Of a DNA stretch of 64,000 nucleotides, positions 21,785 to 33,129 are shown piece after piece. The DNA is from an uncultured Planctomycetaceae bacterium (GTDB lineage: Bacteria; Planctomycetota; Planctomycetia; Pirellulales; PALSA-1355), in the NCBI GenBank assembly GCA_963785305.1, contig CAWAUV010000008.1, forward strand, positions 1,184,001 to 1,248,000, in the 5' to 3' direction. The translations under genes were made by a program, and so were the position numbers. Under the pieces are notes generated by a model. That model saw nothing but the letters and a program-made list of their open reading frames with translations, did no database searches and had not been told where the DNA came from. Within the stretch, counting starts at the first letter, position 1. Each line of letters opens with the position of its first letter.

Positions 21785-22379
21785 CTTGCACCTATGAATT
21801 AGGGAGGATCGTTTTCTCGGTAAAAGACCAACAACAGCCATTTGGCTACCCCAAACAGCTTTTGCAAATCGCAGGCCATTGGCGCCAACTATGGTCGCAT
21901 TTTGCGATCAATTTCCTGGTTTTAGTCGCAAGATGATTGCAATTCTGGCGTAGAGGCCAAGCTGGAGACGCACTGCCTTCGCGAAAGTCCCGGACAATTT
22001 GCCGCGATTTCTGGAAATTGCGTGTTCTGAGATATGCAATGGGATTGGTCGTTAAACGACCGAATTGGCGTTTTGACAGCCATTTCGGAGGTTGCTTCCC
22101 TCGCGAATCGACCCATTCGCGGCGGATTGGGAACTAGATGACGGCGTATGCCACGTGGCCCCAGGGCCTCACTGCCGCGAGTCGCCATTTCGACGCTTAA
22201 CCGCGAAAGCAAAAAGTTGCAATTTCCTGGCGCGGGCTGTTAGGCTAAACGGGCAGCGAGCTGCTCTCGAATTCCTTCCGCCGGTTCCCGCCCTATTTTG
22301 CAATGCCCCCAGCGCCCAAGTGGCTGCCCGGTCCCCTCGCCGTGCGCTCGGCCGCCGCTTTTTTCAAGGAGCAACGCAC

Positions 22380-23622
22380 GTGGTCCCATCGCTTGATCGT
22401 CGCGCGTTTTTGCGCGGCGCCGGTTTTTGTCTGGCCTTGCCGCTGTTGGACGCAATGCGCCCGGCGTTTGCCGCCGCGGCAAAGCTCCCACCCACGCCGC
22501 GGCGCATGGTGGCCATCGAAACCAACATGGGCATCTTGCCGCAGTTCTTCTTTCCGGAGAAAGCGGGGGCCGACTACTCGCTTTCGCCCTATCTCGAACG
22601 ATTGGCCGCGCATCGCCCCAACATGACCGTATTTTCCGGCGTGAGCCTGCCGGGCGTGACCGGTTCTCACGCGGCCGAGAAATGTTTCCTCACCGGCACT
22701 CCGCATCCCGAGCGGGGCGGATTTCGAAACTGGGTCTCGCTCGATCAATTCGCCGCCGAGCATATCGGCAGCCAAACGCGTTATCCATCGTTGGTTCTGG
22801 CCATGAGCAATGAATCGGGCCAAACACTGAGCTTCACCCGCGGCGGCGCCCCGATCTCGGCCGAGCGCAGCCCGAAGCGGCTCTTTCAGCAACTCTTCGT
22901 GCAGGGCAAGGCCGACGATGTGGAGGCCAGCATCGAGGCGCTGCGACAAGGGCGGAGCATGCTCGACTTCGTGAGTGAACAATCCCGGCGGCTCCAACGC
23001 TCGCTGTCGCCCGACGACCGGCGGCGCATGGATCAATATTTCACTTCGGTGCGCGATCTCGAACAGCGGTTCGCCAGTAGCGAAGCCTGGGAACACAAGC
23101 CCAAGCCGCAAGTGAGCGTCGCGCCGCCCGAGGATATCGACGATGCGCGAGTTCGCCAAAAGAACGGGTCTGATGTACGACGTGATGCGGCTCGCGCTCG
23201 AAACGGATTCAACGCGCCTCGTCTCGCTCTTCATCGACACCACCGTGATCCACAACCTCACGCATCACGGCAACCGGCCCGAGGTCATCGCGGAACTACG
23301 AGCCAAGGAAGAAAGTCAGTTCGATGTGTTGAACGGATTCCTGACTTCGCTCGCCGCGACGAAGGAAGACGGCGAATCGTTGCTCGATCGCACGATGGTG
23401 CTCTATGGAACCTGCATGGGCAGCGCGAATTCGCACTCGAACCAGAACCTGCCGGTGCTCTTGGTCGGTGGTGGGTTCAAGCATGGCCAGCATCTCGCGT
23501 TCGACACGCAAAACAACTATCCGCTCAGCAATCTCTATCTCTCGATGCTGCATCGCTTGGGCATCGAAACCTCGGAATTCTCCACCTCCAAGGGCACCAT
23601 GACCGGACTGGAGATGAGCTGA
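22380..23622 (+). CDS. DUF1552 family Tat-exported protein (frameshift near 23150)
   Basis: LDRRAFLRGAGFCLALPLLDAM Tat signal, SLDQFAA, MDQYFTSVRDLE, SLLDRTMVLYG, NLPVLLVGGGFKHGQH. Confidence 0.9.
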
Positions 23623-26363
23623 TGGCCGGGTGGAGTGGCGCTCGTCGCGGGCCCCGGTCCAAGCTCGCGCGGCGATCGCGAGCGCGAACTGTTTGCTTCC
23701 CGCTCGCGCTCGGCGCGGTGGCGATTGTTCTCGGGCTCGCGCCCGGCGATCCCTGCCGCGCTGAAGAACCGGCCGCGGCCGCGTCGGTCGCGGGCGCTTC
23801 CGCCGAGAAGCCCGGCGCCGATGCGCCGACCCGCGCTTTTTTCGCCGCCCACTGCATCGATTGCCATGATGGACAAACTCACGAAGGCGGCTTGGACCTG
23901 ACGACATTCTCGCCCGACTTTTCGAGCGACGATCTCTTTGCCCGCGGCGTGAGGATTCACGATCGCCTGGCTCGCGGTGAAATGCCGCCTGCCAAGGCGC
24001 CGCGTCCGCCGGCGGTCGATGTCGCGAAAGCGGTCGCGTGGTTCAAGCAGTCGCTCCTCGACGCCGAACGCTCGCGGCCCACGGCGCTCGCTGGCGCGCC
24101 CTTGCGCCGACTGACCCGCGGCGAGTACCAAAACACGGTTCGCGATCTGTTCGACATGCCGGGCATCGCGCTCGAAGCGCTTTTGCCGGCCGATGGTTCG
24201 GCCCATGGCTTCGACACCAACGGCGACGCGCTCGATATTTCGCATGTGAACATGGCGAAGTTCATCGAGGCCGCCGACCACGCGCTCGATTTGGCGATCG
24301 CCGTCCGGCCCGAGCCGCCCACCGTCATTAGGCAGCGGATCTCGTTGGCCAAGCACGTGGGCCATATTCTCGGCAATGGCGACGCGGTGCTGCTCCGCGA
24401 TATGCGGCCCGACCCGGAATATCCGCCGGCCGGCGAAGTGAGCCATCTGTCGCAGGGCGCGCATGAACGGATGCGTTCCTTCGATCGCGGCAGCAGCGTG
24501 GGCGTGTTTCGCCATGAAGATGAGTCGTTCAATCCCTACTTTCAGGATTTCGCGACGTTGTATCCCGGCCGCTACCGGGTGCGCGCGTCGTTTTGGAGTT
24601 TTCAGTGGTATCGCGGCAAGGTGCTGCCGGCGCGGGGCGTCGAGGCGGCTCGGCTCTCGGCGGTGCAGTTGGGCAACGATGGCCGGGGCGGCGGCCACCC
24701 GAGCTATGTGCTCGGCTATTTCGATGCTCCGTCGCTCGAGCCGCGAGTGCATGAATTCACCGTCTGGTTGAACTACAAGGAGACGATCGGCTTCAATACC
24801 GCCTCGCTCGCGCCCACGGCCAACTACAACCGCAAGGGACGCGCCATGGGCTTCACCGGTCCGGGCATTGCCTGCGATTGGCTCGAAGTCGAGGGCCCGC
24901 TCCATGACCAATGGCCTCCGGCGGCGCACCGGCTTCTTTTCGGCGAGTTGTCCCCGCGAGAATTCGTGGCGAAGGATTCTCCGGGAGTCCGCCCGCCGCC
25001 GCGCAAGCTTTTGAAACAAGAGATCGTGCATGTGCTGAATCGGCCCGATAAAGTCGCGGGCATCTATACGGTGACGAGCGAGCATCCGGCCGACGACGCC
25101 GATCGTTTGCTGGCGAGCTTTCTGCCGAAGGCGTTTCGCCGCCCGGTCGACGACGCCACGCGCCACGCCTACGTCGCCAAAGTCGAGGAGCGGCTGGCGA
25201 GCGGCGATTGCTTCGAAAGCGCCCTGCGGTGGGCCTACCGCGCGGCGCTCTGCTCGCCCGATTTTCTCTATCATGTCGAGCCCGAGGGCAAGCTCGATGA
25301 TTATGCGCTCGCGGCGCGACTTTCGTATTTTCTGTGGCGCTCGGCGCCCGACGCCAAGCTGACGGAATTGGCGGCCTCCGGAAAATTACGCGCGCCGGGC
25401 GTGCTCGATTCCCAGGTCGAACGCTTGCTGGCCGACAAGAAGAGCGATCGGTTCGTCGAGGATTTTCTCGGCCAGTGGCTCAAGCTCCGGCAAATCGCGG
25501 CGACGGATCCCGACCGCAAACTCTATCCCGAGTTCAGCCCGTATTTGCAAGACTCGATGGTGGCCGAAACTCGGGCCTACTTTCGCGAGATGCTCGAGCG
25601 CGACCTCGGCGCCCGTTATCTGGTTCGCTCCGACTTCGCGATGCTGAACGAGCGCTTGGCGGCGCACTACGGCATTGCCGGAGTGAGCGGGCCGGGGATT
25701 CGCCGGGTGGCCCTCCCGGCCGGCTGCCCGCGCGGTGGCTTTCTGACGCAAGCATCGCTTCTCAAGCTCACGGCCAATGGCACGACCACGTCGCCCGTGC
25801 CGCGCGGAGCGTTTGTCGTGGCTCGCTTGTTGGGCCAGCCGCCCGATCCGCCGCCGCCGAACATTCCCGCGATCGAGCCGGATGTGCGCGGGGCGAAAAC
25901 CATTCGCGAGCAGCTTGATAAACATCGCGCCGACGCCACCTGCGCATCCTGCCACGCGAAGATCGATCCGGCCGGCTTCGCGCTCGAAGCGTTCGACGTG
26001 ATCGGCGGCGAGCGGAATCGCTATCGCTCGATCGGCGAAGGCGACCCGGCGCCGCGCGGCGCGATCGATCCCGCGATCGGCATTTCGTTCAAACTCGGAC
26101 CCGCGGTCGACCCGAGCGGCGAATTGCCCGATGGCCGCCATTTTTCGAACGTCGCGGAGTTGCAATCGCTCCTGGCCGCCGACGAGCGCGGGCTGCTCGC
26201 CAACCTGGCTCGCCAACTCACGATCTACGGCATCGGCCGCGATCCACGATTTGCCGATCGCGAAGCGCTCGATGCCCTCGTGGGGCGCACGCTTGACCAG
26301 GGCGGCGGCCTGCGAACCCTCGTGCATGAACTGGTGCGTAGCGATCTATTTGGCGCGAAATGA
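23622..26363 (+). CDS. DUF1592/1588/1587/1595/1585 protein with Planctomycete cytochrome c domain
   Basis: CIDCH heme motif, RRLTRGEYQNTVRDL, LAARLSYFLW, FLGQWL, RGGFLTQ, TSPVPRG, TIREQLDKHR..CASCHAKIDP. ATG overlaps the upstream TGA. Confidence 0.92.
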   Translation: MAGWSGARRGPRSKLARRSRARTVCFPLALGAVAIVLGLAPGDPCRAEEPAAAASVAGASAEKPGADAPTRAFFAAHCIDCHDGQTHEGGLDLTTFSPDFSSDDLFARGVRIHDRLARGEMPPAKAPRPPAVDVAKAVAWFKQSLLDAERSRPTALAGAPLRRLTRGEYQNTVRDLFDMPGIALEALLPADGSAHGFDTNGDALDISHVNMAKFIEAADHALDLAIAVRPEPPTVIRQRISLAKHVGHILGNGDAVLLRDMRPDPEYPPAGEVSHLSQGAHERMRSFDRGSSVGVFRHEDESFNPYFQDFATLYPGRYRVRASFWSFQWYRGKVLPARGVEAARLSAVQLGNDGRGGGHPSYVLGYFDAPSLEPRVHEFTVWLNYKETIGFNTASLAPTANYNRKGRAMGFTGPGIACDWLEVEGPLHDQWPPAAHRLLFGELSPREFVAKDSPGVRPPPRKLLKQEIVHVLNRPDKVAGIYTVTSEHPADDADRLLASFLPKAFRRPVDDATRHAYVAKVEERLASGDCFESALRWAYRAALCSPDFLYHVEPEGKLDDYALAARLSYFLWRSAPDAKLTELAASGKLRAPGVLDSQVERLLADKKSDRFVEDFLGQWLKLRQIAATDPDRKLYPEFSPYLQDSMVAETRAYFREMLERDLGARYLVRSDFAMLNERLAAHYGIAGVSGPGIRRVALPAGCPRGGFLTQASLLKLTANGTTTSPVPRGAFVVARLLGQPPDPPPPNIPAIEPDVRGAKTIREQLDKHRADATCASCHAKIDPAGFALEAFDVIGGERNRYRSIGEGDPAPRGAIDPAIGISFKLGPAVDPSGELPDGRHFSNVAELQSLLAADERGLLANLARQLTIYGIGRDPRFADREALDALVGRTLDQGGGLRTLVHELVRSDLFGAK

Positions 26364-26375
26364 AATCGAGTACCG

Positions 26376-27059
26376 ATGGTGACCATGCTTGTAAAATGCT
26401 TTCAATATCGATCGATTGTCATGGGGCTCGCCGCGCGGCGGCGCCGGGCGGAGCGCGTCGCTTTTGCGATCGCGGCGCTGGTGTTCTTTCAAATGTCGCC
26501 GCACGCGATTTGCGCTTGGGCAGACGAGCCTCCGGCCGACGCCTCGTCCGAATCGCAACCGCCGCGGTTCACCTATCGCGTCACCGGCTTATTCTGCCCC
26601 GAACGCATCAAGGATTTTCGCCGAGCCGTCGCCGAGCTGCCGGGCCTGGAGCTGGTTTCGCTCGACGGAGATCGCGCGATCGCGATCTTCGCCTTCGACC
26701 CAAACAAGCTCTTCGATCATCTGAAGCCGCATGATTACACCGAGCGGCTCTCGAATCGACTGAAGAACGTTTCCATGCATACCTTCGGCGTGCTCGACCT
26801 CTTGCCGACCGAGCCCGAGAAACTCGAACGCGTCGAGATCGCGATCATTTCGCTCGACTGCAAAGCCTGTGGGCTCGGGGTGTACGAAACGATCTACAAG
26901 CTCGATGGGCTCGATCACGCGACTGTCGATTATAAAGCCGGGAAGGTCGTGGCCTGGATCGATCCGCGAAAGATCGATCGCGCCGCGGTCGAGGCCGCGC
27001 TCGTCAAGGGGCAAGTGCGGCTCGCGACCCCGCCGGAGAAGAGCGGCGAGTCGAAGTGA
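26376..27059 (+). CDS. Secreted tandem heavy-metal-associated (HMA)-domain protein
   Basis: YRVTGLFCPER and IISLDCKACG ferredoxin-like repeats after a hydrophobic N-terminal segment. Confidence 0.7.
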   Translation: MVTMLVKCFQYRSIVMGLAARRRRAERVAFAIAALVFFQMSPHAICAWADEPPADASSESQPPRFTYRVTGLFCPERIKDFRRAVAELPGLELVSLDGDRAIAIFAFDPNKLFDHLKPHDYTERLSNRLKNVSMHTFGVLDLLPTEPEKLERVEIAIISLDCKACGLGVYETIYKLDGLDHATVDYKAGKVVAWIDPRKIDRAAVEAALVKGQVRLATPPEKSGESK

Positions 27060-27111
27060 GCGAAGAAGCCGCGTCGATGTGGCGATTGCAATGCGCGGCG
27101 TTCGCCGGCCC

Positions 27112-29995
27112 TCAAATCCACCAGGCTTCCAGTTCGATCCATTCGTGCGCCGTGTATTCCACGAGCACCGTGTCGCCTTGCACCGAGATTTCGCCCAGGG
27201 TTTCGCCCAAGAAGTTGATTCGCCGGGCCATCGCCAGATTCCACGGAGTGCGCAGCTCGCAGCGTCCCGCGCGACCGCCCGCTTCCAGCAGTCGCACACG
27301 AAAGCCGAACGGCCGCCCGGCGATGCTTGGAGCCTCAATAGCGTTTGCCATTTCGCCCGCCGCGCTCGACGCCGGGTGATGGATCGGCGCCCAGTGCGTG
27401 GCCACCAGGCCGCGCATGTCGAGATGAAACAGCCAACCGGCCGGTGTCGCCAGCGGAGTGTCGAGCGGGGCGATCGCCAATGGCGGCCGAACGATCTCGA
27501 GCGCCGCGGTGGCCGGATGCCCGATGTCGAGACCGATGCCCATCACGAAGCGCCGCGCCACTTCGCCGCGCACGATCAAAAGCGTGTCGATCGCGCGCAT
27601 GCCGACGCGGCGGTGATAGGCAAGGCCGCCGGCGAGCAGCGAGACCCTGCCGGCCGCGTCTTCGATGTCGAGATATTCCGGCGCTTCCAGCCGCTGAGCT
27701 TCCGTCGGCTGCCGTCCAAGCTGCACTCCGCGATAGATCGTCGCTCCCGCATCGCTCCAAGCGAGCCGCGTGGCGTAGTACGAGTTCCACGGGTCGGCGC
27801 GGAGTGTCTCGGCCGGGTCGAGTTCGATTTCAACTCGCGCCACGTTGCCGTCGCGTCGCAGCCGCACCCGCTGGGTGAAGCCGGCGAGGCGGCGCTCGCT
27901 CGCGTCGACAAGTCGCCCGCGGCTCACGATCTCGCCCAAGTCGGGCCCGTGGTTGATCGCTTCGATGGCGTCGGCGACCATCGTGGCGTAGATGGCGGTT
28001 TCGTCGGGATCTCGCCAAGGTTCGCCCGGCGCCGGAGGCTCGCCCGGCATGCGGAGCGAGAGCCGCTGGCTGACCCGATTCAGGCGGGTTTTGAAATCAT
28101 GGATCGAATGAATGCCGCCGCTCTTGGGGTTGATTGTAACGAGCATTCGCTCGCCGGCGAGCGTGTTGTCGTTCGCGACCGGCTTGGCGCAGTTTGCCGG
28201 CCGGCGCGTTGTTCACGGCGGCGGAAGCGAGCGCGTAGCCGAGCGCGGGAACGACCACCGATTGCGCGCTCGCTAAGTGTTCGGACCGGCTCGACGAACC
28301 TTCGGCCAGCGCGATCTCGAGGGGACTGATGGTCACGGCGAAACCGTGTGGATTGACGAGCACTGTGCCCGGGCTGGCCGTCTCGGGCGGCGCTTGCGCC
28401 GCGCTGTTTGGGCGAGCCGCTCGCGGCAGCGCGACCGCGATGCGTTCGAGCGCTGCTTGCAGCATCGCGGCAGGCGCGGATTCGCTGGCGGAAGTTTCGC
28501 GCACCATGGGTTCGGCCGCCGTTGGGTTGCTTGTCGCGTTCATCGGCGCCGCGGCCGGGCACATCAATTCGGCCAGTAGCGAGATCGCCGCGGCGGCGGC
28601 CCGATCGGCCTCTTCACGCTGGAGGCGCAGCATAGCGCGAGATCGGGTCGGGCTCGCGGCGGATTACGGCTTGCACGAGATAAGGGCAGCGATATTCATC
28701 GACGCCAAACGGCGCATACACGAGCGGCAGCGCGGTTTCTTGAAAATACGCATCGAGCCGCGCGAAGGTTCCCAGCGCCGGCGAATAGTTGGCCGCGCGA
28801 CGCAGATCGTCGCGCCAGGGCGAAGCCAAGCCGGGCCAATGGGCGAAGCTGAGCGTGGCGACATGATCGGCGTCGATCGAATCGGCCAACTTGCGCGACA
28901 GTTCGAGAAACGTGCCCGGCTCGGCGGCGTCGCTCGGCACATGGGCCAGGGCGTCAATCACGCTGCCATCGACGCCTTCCCAGCGAATCTTGCTTTCGCG
29001 TCCCAGTGGAAACCGGCCATCGTCGAACGTGGCATGCAAAGCGCCGCCGAAGCCAAGCTTGGTGAGCAGTTGCGGCAGAACCGGCGACAGGCCATAGCGG
29101 CGGCGGCCATGGACGGTTGGCGCGTGGCCGAGCAGTTGCAAGAAATCGGCGCACCGCGCTTGAGCGAGCGGAGCACGGCTTCGATCGGCGCGAGTGGCAG
29201 GTCGACGCGTTCGCAATCGCCGCCTACAAGCCCCGCGGCGCCCGAAGCCACCGCGGCGCTCAAAGCAGCGAGCGAGGCCGGTTGCAGTCGGGCGATCTCG
29301 CCCAGCAGTTCGGCGCCAAGCAGCACATTGGTCGTCACCCCGCTCGCCAGTTCGCGGCGGAGCGATTCGCCCAGTGTGGTGTCGGCCACGAGCGTGAGAT
29401 CGATCAGGAAAATGTCCACCGGATAATGTTGCTTGCGCGATTCATAAAGCGCCATGAAGCAGCGGCCCAGCTCGATGCGGGCTCGCCCGCCATCGCCGGC
29501 AAGCGCGGCCACCGCGCCGGCGGTGGCGCATTGGTCGAAGTGCGAGTCGTCGAGATAAGCGGCCGTGTGGCGATGCCGGGCCAACAGTTCGATTTGCAAT
29601 CGAGCAAAGCCGAGCGCGAGAAAATCGGCCGCCAAATCGTCGTCGAGCCCCGGCGGCGAGCCGCCCACGGCTTCGACCGCGGCGGCGACGAGCTCCGCGC
29701 GATTCTTGAAGCGGCGGAGAAAGGGCGCCCCGTTGTTCTTGCAGCGTTCGACGAACCCGATCGGCAATCGATCTTGCCCCACGCTGGGCGCCGCGATCAC
29801 GCGCGAGCGGACTTCAGCCGGCGGCGTGTCCATGCGATACCAGCGCGGCGTGGAATCGGCGGCGGCGATGAGCGCCGGATGCCAGAGCCCGCTCCAGGCC
29901 GCGAGCAGGCTTTCCGCCTCGGCGCCGCGATGATGGAGCGGAAAATCCTCGAGCCCATGGCAGGGGAGCAAGACGACGAGTTCGGCGAGTTTCAT
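27112..29995 (-). CDS. Large conserved Planctomycete protein, GH38 alpha-mannosidase-like architecture (at least 3 frameshifts)
   Basis: Consecutive ORF pieces 28958..30055, 28614..29216, 28097..28633 and 27112..28146; motifs LLAAWSGLWHP, LPQLLTKLGF, IRWEGVDGS, VTINPKSGGIHSIHD. Confidence 0.6.
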
Positions 29996-30209
29996 GGGGA
30001 TTTCTTGGCGAGCGAACAGAGACACGGCGGCCCAGGAGCGGGCATTTCGGGGCAAATGGCAGGCGCCTCGCCGAGCGCCGGCCAGACAAGCTTCACGATA
30101 ATCGCTCGGTCCGGCAGCGTCGAGCGGTTGAACATCGCCCGGCTGCTCAATCTAATCAAGGCTGTCGCCAGTTCGCCGACCGAATTGTTTTTTCCCTGGG
30201 AGCATGCCG

Positions 30210-30488
30210 ATGAGCGGTTCCGATATTCGCCCCCCATTTACCCTTGAAACCGCGACACTCAAGGCCCGTCTGGCGGAAGACGCCTGGAACTCACGCGATC
30301 CCGAGCGGGTCGCATTGGCCTACACGGTCGATTCGCGCTGGCGCAATCGGAGCGAATTCCTGACCGGTCGCGACGCGATCATCGCCTTCCTGCGGCGCAA
30401 GTGGGCCACGGAGTTGGATTATCGGCTCGCTAAACAGGTTTGGGGATGTCGAGAAAACCGCATTGCGGTGCGATTTCAATACGAATTC
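30210..30488 (+). pseudogene. DUF1348 (SnoaL/NTF2-like) gene truncated by IS66
   Basis: [42 protein letters not shown]...IAVRFQYE breaks exactly at the IS left end. Confidence 0.88.
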
Positions 30489-32024
30489 GTAACTGTTAAG
30501 CATTTCCTCTTTCCCGAAATTGGGTTTTCGGTCACATTGATTGGATCATGGATGATCGAGATCGACGGATCGCCGAGTTGGAAGCGGAAATCGCCCGGTT
30601 GCTGGCGGAGAATATCACGCTGCGCAAGCGCGTCGAGCAACTCGAACAGCAAGTCCAAAAGTTTTTGCAGCGGCGCAAGAAAACCCGCTCGGCCAGCGAT
30701 GCGCGGCGTGGCGAACAGGATCGCCGCCGCAAGCAGTTTCGCAAACATCCGGGCAGCTTTCGTCCAGAGCCGCCGCCCGGCACGGTATTCATCGAACACG
30801 ATGTGCATCCGCGAGAGTGTCCGCATTGCGGCGGCCACGATCTGACCGCCACGGCGAGTTCGAAGACCATGAGATGGCGGAGATTCCAGAGCCCAAGCTC
30901 GAATGGCATCGGTATCGCCGTCATACCTACCGTTGCGAACATTGCCAAGCCACCTGCCAAGGACGCGGCGACTTGGAACTGCCCGGCGCCCACATCGGGC
31001 CACGCGCGCAGCTTGTTGGTCTGCTACGCGCGGGTTCACCTGGGCATCTCGCTCGGCAAAACGCAACACTTGCTGAAAGACTTCTTTGGTCTTTCGGCCA
31101 GCCGGGCCGGATTGCTCGGCCATTTGCGTTGGGGCGGCACTTTGTTCGAGCCGGTGGTCGACAAACTCTGGGAACTCTTGCGCAATTCGCCGGTCGTGCA
31201 AGGCGATGAGACCGGTTGGCGGATCGACGGACTGCCCGCGTGGGCCTGGTGTTTTCGCGACCCGCGCTTGGCATTGTTCCTGATCGATCGTCATCGCAAT
31301 CGGGCCGTGCTCGAGCGAGCGTTGGGCACATCGTTCGCGGGCACGCTGGTCAGCGATTTTTATGCGGTCTACAACGGGCTCGACTGCCGCAAACAGCGCT
31401 GCTTGGTCCATTTGCTTCGCGAGTTGCACAAGCTGCGCGAGACGTTGCCGGCGGCGAGCGCGCGGGCCTTCATCCAGCCGTTGATCACGCTGTTTCAAGA
31501 CGCGATCCGGTTGGGCCACGAGCGCAAGTCGCTCGGCAAAAAAGCTTTCAACGCGGCCCGACACGAGATTCAAGACCGTTTCGACACCTTGATGCTCGAG
31601 ACGCGCGTGCGGCATCGCGAATGTTTGCGAATCTGGCGGCGGCTGTTCAAGCACTCGGACGAATTGTTCACCTTTCTCGACGATGCGAATGTTCCGGCCG
31701 ACAACAACGGAACCGAACGCGACATCCGAAGCCTGGCGGCGGCGAGGAATGATGGCGGCACGCATCGGACCGAATGGAGCGCGGCGGCGTTCGCCCGAAT
31801 CAAGAGCGTGATCGCGACCGGCGCGAAAAACGGTTTGAGCTTCGCAAGGTATGGAATCGAAGTCGTGCGCACTAAATTGCAAGGCAAGACCCTGCCGCTG
31901 CCGATCACCAATAGCAGTTAAACCATCCGCCACGCGACCCATCCCCGGAAACCCCTCGCCCGCGATCCCCGCCAATATCGCCACCGCCCCCCCGCACCAG
32001 GCCACGCCACGGCTTAACAGTTAC
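30489..32024 (+). mobile_element. IS66-family insertion sequence, single-ORF (ISBst12-like), 1536 bp
   Basis: Perfect 13-bp terminal inverted repeats GTAACTGTTAAGC (30489) / GCTTAACAGTTAC (ends 32024) enclosing a transposase; no tnpA/tnpB accessory ORFs. Confidence 0.93.
30548..31921 (+). CDS. IS66 DDE transposase (two compensating indels at ~30860 and ~31010)
   Basis: Leucine-zipper N-terminus, CPHCG...CEHC Zn finger, [34 protein letters not shown]. Confidence 0.93.
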   Translation: MDDRDRRIAELEAEIARLLAENITLRKRVEQLEQQVQKFLQRRKKTRSASDARRGEQDRRRKQFRKHPGSFRPEPPPGTVFIEHDVHPRECPHCGGHDLTATASSKTMRWRRFQSPSSNGIGIAVIPTVANIAKPPAKDAATWNCPAPTSGHARSLLVCYARVHLGISLGKTQHLLKDFFGLSASRAGLLGHLRWGGTLFEPVVDKLWELLRNSPVVQGDETGWRIDGLPAWAWCFRDPRLALFLIDRHRNRAVLERALGTSFAGTLVSDFYAVYNGLDCRKQRCLVHLLRELHKLRETLPAASARAFIQPLITLFQDAIRLGHERKSLGKKAFNAARHEIQDRFDTLMLETRVRHRECLRIWRRLFKHSDELFTFLDDANVPADNNGTERDIRSLAAARNDGGTHRTEWSAAAFARIKSVIATGAKNGLSFARYGIEVVRTKLQGKTLPLPITNSS

Positions 32025-32240
32025 ATCGCATCGGCCAATGTCCTCTCCTGTCCAATATCCATCGTGGTATTGCTCGACGGTCTGCCAAAGTTCGAGGATT
32101 GCCGATAGGCGATCCTGCGCCGTTCGTTCGTCATGGCCCAAGAGGAACCGTGGGGGCGTCCCCTGGCGCACACGGCCAACGGAACGAATGAACCCCCGGA
32201 GGGTCCGTTTCATTTTGGTTTGGCGGATCGTGGTTTTCAT
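32025..32240 (-). pseudogene. 5' stub of a gene cut by IS66, possibly an integrase N-terminus
   Basis: MKTTIRQTKMKRTLRGFIRSVGR...RFLLGHDERTAQDRLSAILELWQ runs into the IS right end and starts just downstream of the tmRNA 3' end. The integrase identity is inferred from position and recalled similarity. Confidence 0.45.
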
Positions 32241-32381
32241 ATCCCGCAACATGGAGGCATGGGGTGCAATCACGGCTGCTCTATCCTGTTATTGCAAAAA
32301 AACAAGCCCCTATTGCAGCATTTCGGGCCTGAAAACCGCCGTTTTTTAGAAATATCAATTGTGCGTTTTTGACGTAAGCGC

Positions 32382-32424
32382 AAAAAAATTCCCTAGTTGC
32401 GGCAATTGCAACTAGGGAATTTTT
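32382..32424 (-). terminator. Hairpin/terminator immediately after tmRNA
   Basis: AAAAATTCCCTAGTTGC-N7-GCAACTAGGGAATTTTT perfect 17-bp inverted repeat with T-run on the minus strand. Confidence 0.8.
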
Positions 32425-32425
32425 A

Positions 32426-32786
32426 TGGAGGCGGCGGGAATCGAACCCGCGTCCCGCGACATTTCCGTGAAAGCTTCTACGAGCGTAGCCGCGCTATTTA
32501 CGCCTTCGCCCGAGCGACCCCCACGCGGCGGGGCGTCGATCAGGCTAGCCAGGAACTTTTTTAATCGCGAGCGTGCCCAGCAGTGACCCGCGACGGTTCG
32601 GAATTAGTGACTGACTTTTGAGCCTCTCCGACAAAAGCTCTCAGTCAGGGCTACCTGTTATTAGGCGGCCAAAGCAAAGTTACCTTCAGCAATTGAAGAT
32701 ATTGGTCAGCTTTTAACGTGGCCCACTGACCAACCACGGCGCACCACTTTCACTTCAGGCTATCCGGTCGAACCCAGTTCGCCCCC
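32426..32786 (-). ncRNA. ssrA: tmRNA, proteolysis tag (A)AEGNFALAA
   Basis: 5' GGGGGCGAACTGGGTTCGAC; 3' GACGCGGGTTCGATTCCCGCCGCCTCCA; acceptor stem with G3-U70; internal frame GCT GAA GGT AAC TTT GCT TTG GCC GCC TAA TAA; 361 nt; CCA not encoded. Confidence 0.96.
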
Positions 32787-32856
32787 GGGGCAATCGAAAC
32801 CCGCCCGCGGCGACAAATCGCGGCACGAGGGGGCGGGGTCGAGATGCAACTCGTTG

Positions 32857-32865
32857 ATTATAGCA
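32857..32865 (-). promoter_or_regulatory. Extended -10 promoter of ssrA
   Basis: TGCTATAAT on the minus strand about 70 bp upstream of the mature tmRNA 5' end. Confidence 0.7.
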
Positions 32866-33129
32866 CCTTTCCGCTCGCCGGGTAGCCGAAGTTGCGATCC
32901 GCCGGCCTTCCGACCTTCCTCACTCCGACGTTGAAAGCTCCCGATGGTCCAGCGAGCGCTCTGTTCACCCCGAAGCCGCGCAAACGGCCGGGACGTTTAA
33001 CCGGCCATCGACCGGCGCTCATCGGCTACGCAACGGGCCGCGCGGCGGGTAGACTGACCGTTGGAAGGATTGCGCCGCGCTCGCCAGCGCGGCTTTCACC
33101 GCGTGTGCCTTTAGAGTCCGAGCGACATC

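Noticed and set aside
22092..26363. Apparent 1423-aa DUF1552-DUF1592 fusion
   Set aside because: Artefact of a frameshift near 23150; the DUF1552 C-terminus is in another frame with its own stop overlapping the next ATG.
30850..31015. Programmed frameshift in the IS66 transposase
   Set aside because: Two compensating indels with no slippery A-tract; matches the window-wide error pattern.
32374..32380. GTAAGCG, resembling a classical IS66 end
   Set aside because: Only 7 bp, with no partner repeat or transposase in the proper orientation.
32426..32455. tRNA-Ala-like 3' end read as a tRNA gene or att fragment
   Set aside because: It pairs with the 5' end at 32786 and a tag frame lies between, so it is the intact tmRNA.
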